A DNA stretch of 64,000 nt from the human T2T-CHM13v2.0 reference genome, Homo sapiens, in the NCBI RefSeq assembly GCF_009914755.1, contig NC_060926.1; one strand, 5' to 3'. Position 1 is the stretch's first letter; every line of letters begins with the position of its first letter. The notes beneath the pieces were generated by a model. The model had not been told where the DNA came from and made no database searches. It saw nothing but the letters and a program-made list of their open reading frames with translations. This document shows positions 53,846-64,000 of the stretch, piece by piece. Position numbers and translations under genes: made by a program.

Positions 53846-55421
53846 TTAAGATGGGACATCATTTGACAAGGGCTGGTGTTGTGCATATGGCTGCTTTTTT
53901 TTATAAGAAGGCCACCGGCAAACAGGGCAACAATGTCGGCCCCCAGCCAACCACATCACAATGCAATTCTGATGAAACACATGACCACAAGGCAACCCCA
54001 TTAGCAAACATCCATTTTCAAAATTCTCTAGGCAAACAACACATTCAGTACAGTGCAGCATATCAGCAGGCCAAGTTAACCAATCAGGTTCCATATCTTC
54101 ATTAGTGTTATATGATCCATATGACCTCCCCTTCCTTTCACATGGGCTGGTCTGACAATATTTATTGGCACATGAACAAGCCTCAGCATCACAGTGACTT
54201 GCTGTTCCTGGAGAATTGTGAAGTACGCTTTGCTTATCTTCAAATACTTCCTTCTCACTACTCAAAGTGTCTGTGTTCTCACTTTCCGAGTCATTTTCAG
54301 TATCTTGAGACCCCTCCGACATTTCCTCTTCAGACTGGACTCCAAGACATTTAAATCGCCACATTGGTAAGTTTTTAATATAATCAGTTGGTATCAGAGG
54401 GTGAAGCCAAAGGTCAGGGAAAGCTAAGCGCTCCAAGAATAAGTCAGGGTCTTCGTCCCAATCAGATTCTACAGGAAAGTTCTGAAAAGAAGCAATCGGG
54501 TGGAAGAGGTAGCTGGTGTACCAGTCCCACAGACTTGATAACCATTCTAAGTTATTGGCATTGACTTCATCATTGTTGTTGTTGCGCCTTCTCTTCTTCT
54601 CAAAGTAATCAATTAGTAAACCATGACCAAGGTATGTACTGAGAAACAGGGCTGGGTGTGAAGAGTAAAACATCCAGTCTGCCCTTACCCATGAAGCCAG
54701 TGTGGTTGTATTGGAATATCTCAACAATTTTAAGCTATATTCATAAAAGCTATCTAAGTAAGGTAGCTGTAAAAAGCCCAACACAGGTAGCCAGGAAATA
54801 ATTAATAGAGAATTATATGTCCCTAAAGTGCTTATGAGAACCACAAATCGCTTTATGGTAGCTCCTTGTGTAATAAATAAGTCCATCCAAGCCATAAGAT
54901 TAACTAGAACCAAGCTCAAAACAAACAGATCATTTACCTCGGGTTGTAATGAGCGCAAAAATGAATCCATGGCCTGAAGGGATATAAATTCGCCTGTGTG
55001 GTTTCCATACCTGTAAATTCCTTCAGGAGTTCTAAGTATGTATGATGGCATATTATATATGCCAATATCTGTCATATAACTCTTGTTGTCCCAATTTTCT
55101 ACATTAACAAAAATAAACTCAACTCTTCCAGTAAACTTTATACTTAGTGCAGAGAAGAAAGCTGGGGGCTGGTCAAGGTTTGCAAATAGGTATATTTTTA
55201 ACCAATACTGATCACTTTTATTCCATTCTTCTTTCAAGTGTTCAGCATTATAAATGGTTTTGATCCGAGAAGCTGCATGAGCAGTTATCCATTTAAAAAT
55301 GTGCTCTACTTCAATCTTGCGTCCACTGTATTCTTTAAGCATGACTTTCCCTTTTGAAGTACTTGTTTGTGGAACAGACATAATGAGTGTGGATCGGACC
55401 CAGCCTCTTCTCCTGCAATAT
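53846..55421 (-). CDS. RNF103: RNF103 (KF-1) E3 ubiquitin ligase, terminal coding exon: hydrophobic TM segments, acidic region, RING-H2 at 53918-54043
   Basis: 511-aa ORF extends upstream to acceptor ctcttgtag|A TAT TGC AGG; CVVC..CGHVFH..C..CPVC; ends SNDVPS-TAA; matches recalled RNF103 protein. Confidence 0.97.
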
Positions 55422-56385
55422 CTACAAGAGAGGAAACTGTAAATAAACAGCTAGGCTGTAATGCAAACAATTTATCTTCCCTGACAAATTTCTTTAGCAC
55501 CTCACCCCAAAGCCAAATAATTTCCAAATAATCAAAAAGTGGTACCACTACTTGGCAGCTGTGAAAAACAAGCTCTGTTTTTCTAGTTTGTTTTGTATTT
55601 CTGTGTTTCTTTTTTTTTTATTAAATAAAGTGTATCTTGAAAAGCCTCTGAGTCAAAGGAATCAGCAAATACTTCAGCATCTCTCATGTACCTACAACTG
55701 CGTTATGTGCTAAGATCCAGAAGACAAGAAAATAATTCATGTTCAGAAGGAATTTAAAATCCTATTAATGAGACAAAATAGAGATAAAACTGTATATATT
55801 CTGTTGCTAAATAATGCAAAAGAAGTTCAAAGTTTGGGCTGGTGCAGATTTCATGAATGGTTTAGGAATTGAACTAGGTCTTGAAGGATGGTTAGAATCC
55901 AGATGGGTGGAGAAAAGAGAAGAAAACAGATTATCCTAAGGCTGAGTCACTGGTTTGGTGCAAGCTCCTTGAGGGTAGGAGTCATGCTTACCCATTTAAT
56001 TAACAACTACCACAATGCCTGACTGCTACAAAGTAATCTGCACAAAAGCCAACCAAGAAAAGAGCAACAGCAAGCCCCATATATTTTTGTATTCTCTTAT
56101 TTCTTCAGTGAAGATCATGAAGGGGAGTATTTAACAAGAGGAAACAAAAACAGGAAGTATTTAGATTAAGAGGTTCACTTCAAGAATGATCCCCATTTTA
56201 CAGCAGATTATATTCAGAAGAATTTAACTAAAATTAAATCATTCATTTAGATTTATGCAGTAGGATCATGACTCTTCCTTTTGGAAACCTGTCTATTGAC
56301 AGGTTCTTGCTAGGATATTTGTGATATCCATCTTCCCTTAAAAAAGTAGGTAATGAGAGAAAAGAAATATTAAAAACTGAAAACA

Positions 56386-57000
<615 letters not shown>

Positions 57001-58212
57001 CCTTTTGTTTTTGGTTTTAGTTAGTTTTTCATGTACCACACAGAAGAGTTAATCTTTTGTTTTTAAAAAGTATTTTTTTTTCCAAAACCTACCATGTGAA
57101 ATTTTTAAGTAAAATTTACCTCAATAAAGTTGTAAAAAAGACAATCTACCACATGGAAACGTTTTATTTGTTACAGATTTGTATATGCATAGTAATAAAT
57201 ATCTGACTTCGCATTTTGCTACTCAGAATATTGATGTAAAAGTCATAGATGTTATGCTTTACTTAGCATGGATTATATTTTATTAAATAAACATATTACA
57301 CATCATATGATCAGATGAAGAGAAGAGTCTTGACGTAGGTAGCATATGGCTGTATAATGATAATATGACTAATTTTATCTCAGGGATTCTGTGATATAGT
57401 TTAAGATAAATGAAGACAACACGCTATGTCTTAAGACAAGGTTAGTGATGACTCTGGAAAACTGTCTAGGTGACTCAAAATCACAGACTGTGACTCTTAG
57501 CTTCTTGTTGAGTTGATTCACTACCTTAATAAGACAGATTCCATTAATATCATTACTGTTTTAACTGAAATGGTCTGAAAAGTATATATTCCTACAAAAT
57601 AAATATCTTCTACTCAATGCAAAATAATAATTCATTGATTGACATGAATTCTATTTTTACCGTATCCCAAAAAAGTAACAAGTCAAATGCATATGGACAA
57701 CTGTCTTATTTATATCTTAAATATCTTCAAGTATCTTTAATGTTTTCATTGCACTTGATATTTGTGATGACACATTTCAACTCTTGGCCATCTATTTTAT
57801 CTTCCTACTATGGCCTCTGATTTGTGTCATAAATTAAATGACAGCCTTTCTGACAGAAAACTTACTTTGTAAAATGAACAAGTTCTAAGTGCAGACATTT
57901 CTTCACATAAGAAAACAAACATATTATGTGCTTTCTTTTCAGCTCAGAGCTAAGTAATAATTTTATCATTCCAGATAGAATAAGGTTGTATTACCTTACA
58001 TCAATATAAAAACTTTTATTGCCAATTCAAAAAAAATTTTTTTATGATCTGAACAAATTCAATGACAATACCATGAAAATATCCTCTAGTTTTTAAACTA
58101 AACCTTTTGAGTTCTCTTAGAGAATTTTAAGACTAAAAACGATAGGAAATATGCCTTGTGAGTTTTGGTCTTCCAGTTGCTGATGTGGCATGCTATATTT
58201 AAGAAGAAGCAG

Positions 58213-58537
<325 letters not shown>

Positions 58538-58994
58538 TTAACATTTCTGTTTATATATGCTGTTTTTTCAGACAAGGTCATTGGCCTCCTTGGTTTTCCT
58601 CGCTCTCTCTGCAATCCCCCCTTCTCTTCTCCTTCCCCGTTTTTTCCACAGGCCACCATCCCTGACACTCTTGCCATAAGGCTTCCTGTTTACCACTCAG
58701 CTCCTGCAATTTCCATGTCCTCTATCTTCTCTTTACTAATCCCCATCTCCCCAACCCTCTCTACACATCATTACCACCTCATCTCCTACTTTGTCAAAAA
58801 AAGTACAGAGTATGAACCTCACAGGAAAAGCCCTCTGAAATCGATCTGCTGGTTAGGGAATGAGAAGAGGTAGAGCCAGGCAAGGCCACTCCTTCTGGGT
58901 ACATAGGGAAAGAAATTAAAGCTGCTACAACTAGACAGTCAGAAGTTGCTCAGAAGTGGTAGTCCTAAATGTTCTTAAGGGAGCTACTCTGGTT

Positions 58995-59726
<732 letters not shown>

Positions 59727-60977
59727 GGAGCTAAACAGGTCAGGAAAGTACAGCTGTACAGTGGGACCAGCACACTGAAGTCAGCTGCCCAGAGGCCACC
59801 CCAGAGAAGGGACTACAGTCAAAGAATGCAGCATAGACAGTGGGGCACAGAGTTTTGGTATTTTTAAAACTCCAAAATCAAGATGATGACTCAATTATTC
59901 AAAATATGTGATTAAAACACTTCCTGAATAACACTATTCTCTGCCCACTTACACCCTGCATTGAAATTCTGAACACTCTTCTCTATATCTCTAAATTTTG
60001 TTCTTCTATATCTCCATAGTCATCAAAAGAAAAGAAAAATGACCCTGACTAAGCATAGCTTCTATGGCAAGAACAATTCTTATTCCAGTTGGAGGACTTT
60101 CCAAATGAGGAGTCATGGGCACATTATTGGAACTGGTACAAGTCACTGTGCAACAAAATCATTTTCTGATGAAGCTGAGTAGAAGTACTTTTTTAAATAA
60201 CAAAAACTATAGCTACAATCAACAAAAAAGCAAAAAGTTATCCAAAAAAACATTGCTTCAATTGTAAATAAGAGGTAGGATTATTTGAAGATGAAGGATT
60301 TAGAGGAAAACATCTGGAGCTAGCTTGTATGTATCTCTTCACCATTTCTCAGCTAATACAGAATCAGAGCTTTTCAAAAGAAGAGCTAAATAAATTTGCA
60401 CTAAAATCCACTGGACTGAATTATGATACTTCTGATGCACTCTGATTTATAAGATTATAAGATTATGGTTTGTCTGCCCCCACCAAATCATTCTTTCAGT
60501 TTTTCACGTTTAACAGATTATTTTTATTTTGTTTTTGAATTCTTTATTATCTAATAACATTAGACTTTAATTAATGCATTCAACTTTATATATTTTTAAA
60601 ATGTGTTTTTATTTGATGTTTTCTAATATATTTATAAACTATAATGTTTGAAATGTATTATTTAGTTCCACTGATTTTTAAAAAATACATTGGGTATTTT
60701 AAAAGAAAATAGTGATATGAATACTGACTTTTGGCATAACTAAAAAAATCAAAATATCAGCATTATCATTTGTTCTAGTATTGTAAAAATCAGTGAGGAA
60801 GAAAAAGACCTTTCACTTTGACTCTATTTGGAAATGATGGAATCAGATCAAATCCTAAGTCTTTGGTAAATGACGAATGGAGATCAGAATGATTTCCTTT
60901 TCAAAAGAACATTAAGACTTAAGCTATCTCAGACATTTCAACAAAAGACATTGGGATGTGACTAAGATTCTGTGGTT

Positions 60978-61197
60978 ACCAGCCTGGGCAACATAGCAAG
61001 ACTCCATCTCTACAAAAAAAAAAAAAAAATTAGCCAGGTGTGGTGATGCATGCATGTAGTCCCAGCTACTTGGAATGCTGAGGTGGGAAGATCACTTGAG
61101 CCCATCCATCAGCTGGAGGTTGCAGTGAGCTATGATCACACCACTGCACTACAGCCTGAGTCACAGAGCCAAATCCTGTCTCAAAAAAAAAAAAAAT
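60978..61197 (+). mobile_element. 5'-truncated AluJ
   Basis: Alu consensus. Confidence 0.85.
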
Positions 61198-62161
61198 CAG
61201 AAAAAAAGACTTTGTGGTGAAGATGAGCATGACAGCTTTGCAGGTAGATAAGGAGACTAAATGTGAGTTAAGAGATACAGGAACTTCCCTCCTATTCCCA
61301 ACTCTTAGAGGAACTCTACCATCCATCTCACCCTATATTACTAGTGGGCAAAACAAGGGTTCTAAGCAGAAGAGAAGTAAATGTAAGGCTAAGGAAAGGA
61401 GGTATAGTAATGGTTTAGGAGAGTTTTCTACAATCAATGAATGAGACTAAGTTATAACTTGGTAGCAAGAGAAATGGAAAAAAAGGCATTTCAAAGAAGA
61501 AATAATGGAATAATAAAACAAGAAATAATGTGACAGACTGAATACTGGAAATGATGACAAAAAAACAAAACATAAACAAAAACACCTCTGAGGATTCTTA
61601 TTTGAGAAAATGGGGGGGAAAACCGGCGAAGGACAGAAAAAAGAAAGGTAGAAGGATACATGGATGATTAAAGAAAAAGAGGATGAATCTGATTTCAGAT
61701 ACTAGGTTTCAGGGAAAAGAATATATCTAGGGATAGTTGCAGAGCAAATGGAAATAAGCAAAGAAATGCAAACTAGAGGTCAGAATGATAGAAGATTTAT
61801 ATCAGCACAGAGGTGTCACCTAAAGCCATGAATGTGCTGAGATCTCTTTGGAAAAGAAAGGTGAAATGAAAAGGACTAAAGACACAATCTTAAGAGATAT
61901 CTTCAATAGAAAAAACACAGAAGAGCCAGAGAAAGGGACGGGGAGAGAGAGGGAGATAGAGGAGACAGAGAGAGATCTTAGAGTGAAAGTCATTAGCTGC
62001 CAGTTTATCAAAAACCATTAATCAAGCACCTATGTAACTAAGAGTGTGCTACACATTATAATAAGCTTTCAGTTCAAGCAGGCTTCTAGTATCATTGCCC
62101 TTTTTAAATAAGAAAGATCCTGGTCAGGACTCAAATTCTAAGAATTGCCTAATCAACTTAC

Positions 62162-62277
62162 CTGGGATCACTGGAACAGTTAAATGTGCCTGTACGTATT
62201 CCAAATCTTGACACCTTTTTAACCATTTTCTCCCAGTGAATTTTGCCCACCAAGGGACTTCTGTCATTTGCTATGAC
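62162..62277 (-). CDS. RNF103: RNF103 penultimate coding exon (116 nt): VIANDRSPLVGKIHWEKMVKKVSRFGIRTGTFNCSSDP(R)
   Basis: Acceptor ttttctctatttttgggaatag|GTC; donor CCCAG|gtaagt; phase-2 end joins the terminal exon in frame (AG+A = Arg). Confidence 0.96.
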
Positions 62278-62980
62278 CTATTCCCAAAAATAGAGAAAAA
62301 GAAACTTGAATTACCTAAAATGGAGTCAAGCCAACCGTTTACATCAACAATATAATTTCACTTAAAAAAAAAGATATTCTGTTCCCAGTTCTTGTTTACT
62401 GTATCATCACATTATCATTACAATTCTTATAGAAGGAGCAACTATCCAATAGGAAAAAGACTTGAAACACTGAAACGTAAATTAAACTCTCCCACACTCT
62501 GTGGCAGTTACAAAGAGAGGGAGGGAGTCAAAACTGTATTAAAAGGCTAGCCACATTCTCCACCATGTGGCCTCTTCTCTCTAATTAAGTTACACAGGAA
62601 GAAAATGGCCCTTGGAATAATTTCTCTTTGCTCTGAAAAGAAAATTTTAAACAATAATCCAAATAGAGCTTACTAAAAATTATCACATGTAGGTTCAACA
62701 AGTTCAAATTTCACTTTTTAAAAAGTATAATTATGGAGCCAAGAGTCAAACACATGTTTTCTATTAAAGGGTGCTTTGACTAAATCAATAAATACTACTA
62801 GTTCTATGGCTTTTTGCTTAATCATGAACGGCTCTAACATACAATAAGAATTACCATTCTTCTTATTCATTCTTTAATGTAATGAATTTTACATTATTGA
62901 ACTTGTACTTCAAATTTGCAAGAGCTTTCAAACACAATTAGGATTAGGAAAAGCAAAAGATTCTTAAGAAAAGAAAAAGA

Positions 62981-63257
62981 GGCCAGGTGTGGTGGCTCAC
63001 GCCTGTAATCCCAACATGTTGGGAGGCCGAGGCAGATGCATCACTTGAGTCGAAGAGTTCAAGACCAGCCTGGCCAACATGGCAAAACCCCGTCTCTACT
63101 AGAAATACAAAAATTAGCCAGGCATGGTGGCAGGCACCTATAGTCCCAGCTGCTCAGAAGGCTGAAGCATGAGAATCACTTGAACCTGTGAGGTGGAGGT
63201 TGCAGTGAGTAGAGGTTGCACCACTGCAATCCAGCCTGGGTGACAGAGCAAGACCTT
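62981..63257 (+). mobile_element. Alu
   Basis: Alu consensus. Confidence 0.88.
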
Positions 63258-63940
63258 CAAAATATGTCAAGACTTCTCTTATAAGTGTCAGCCTTTCTAA
63301 TCATTACCACCTTTTCCCTTTATCTCCTAATCTTCCTGCCTTTAATGAAGGCAGAATTTCAATGCAGATACCAGTAAAAACCAAAAAACATTAAAAACAA
63401 GACCATAAAAATAACTAAATGGGAAGTTAAAGGAAAGCCAAAAATGTCTAAAGTCATCATGAAACCATCTGTTTAAGTCCAGGGTATATAGGCCAAGTTT
63501 ATTTTCATAAATGTTATATTTCTGATACTATACAATTCAAAATTACAACATAATACTCTGGGGGCCTCTACTCTTTCTGGGAGGAAGGACCATTTTCACA
63601 CTCACAAAGCCTCCAGGAAGTGAAGTTGCAGGTGGGTGTGTAAAATGAGTGCTGACAGTCAACTCCTTGGGAGACGCAAGAGGTGGTGCAGCCACCTCAT
63701 CTGTGGCCTCTGTGCTAGAACGTCTAACAAATGTCAGAGGGCAGCAGAAGAAACAGCACATTGTGATGACAAGTGACTTGAAGTTCACTTTATGTGCCAA
63801 ATAACCTCTGTGACACTCCACTACCATCCTCATACTTACCGAGACACACGTGCATACATAACATCTTATCACATAAGTTTGAAGCTTAATGAATACATAT
63901 ACACAATTTAGGGCATTAAGCAAATGGTTTTGATATTACA

Positions 63941-64000
63941 TTTTTTTTTAAGGGACAGGGTCTCACTCTGTTCCCCAGGCTGAAGTGCAATGGCTCAATC
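63941..64000 (-). mobile_element. Alu (partial, runs off the window)
   Basis: T-tail + GACAGGGTCTCACTCTGTT..CAGGCTG. Confidence 0.8.

Noticed and set aside
55379-55381. ATG of the 511-aa ORF as a gene start
   Set aside because: It is an internal Met; the frame continues to a splice acceptor at 55421 and joins the 62162-62277 exon.
63543-63923. 126-aa minus-strand ORF
   Set aside because: No recognisable homology; it crosses apparent splice signals and is better explained by chance.

Overview
Human (hominoid) genomic DNA, recognisable as the RNF103-CHMP3 locus (2p11.2; from recall roughly GRCh38 chr2:86.55-86.61 Mb, not verified). Both genes are on the minus strand. RNF103 contributes its last two coding exons (62162-62277 and 53846-55421, with TM segments and a C-terminal RING-H2) and a 3'UTR with a poly(A) signal. 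About 40 kb of repeat-dense intergenic DNA follows, then the CHMP3 CpG-island promoter, coding exon 1 (MGLFGKTQEKPPKEL) and 13 kb of intron 1. The rest is mostly transposon-derived: an SVA, many Alus, nested L1s, MaLR/ERVL/HML-5 solo LTRs, Tigger1, MER2, MADE1, MIR and L2. The least explained signal is a ~265-bp-arm inverted repeat in CHMP3 intron 1 (11428-12477). It extends beyond its MER5A1 core into non-element sequence and carries a consensus 5' splice site on each strand. Also notable are an apparent Alu-L1 chimeric insertion, a sense-oriented SVA and a candidate poison exon in an RNF103 intron. Repeat subfamily calls and many boundaries were made by eye and are approximate.
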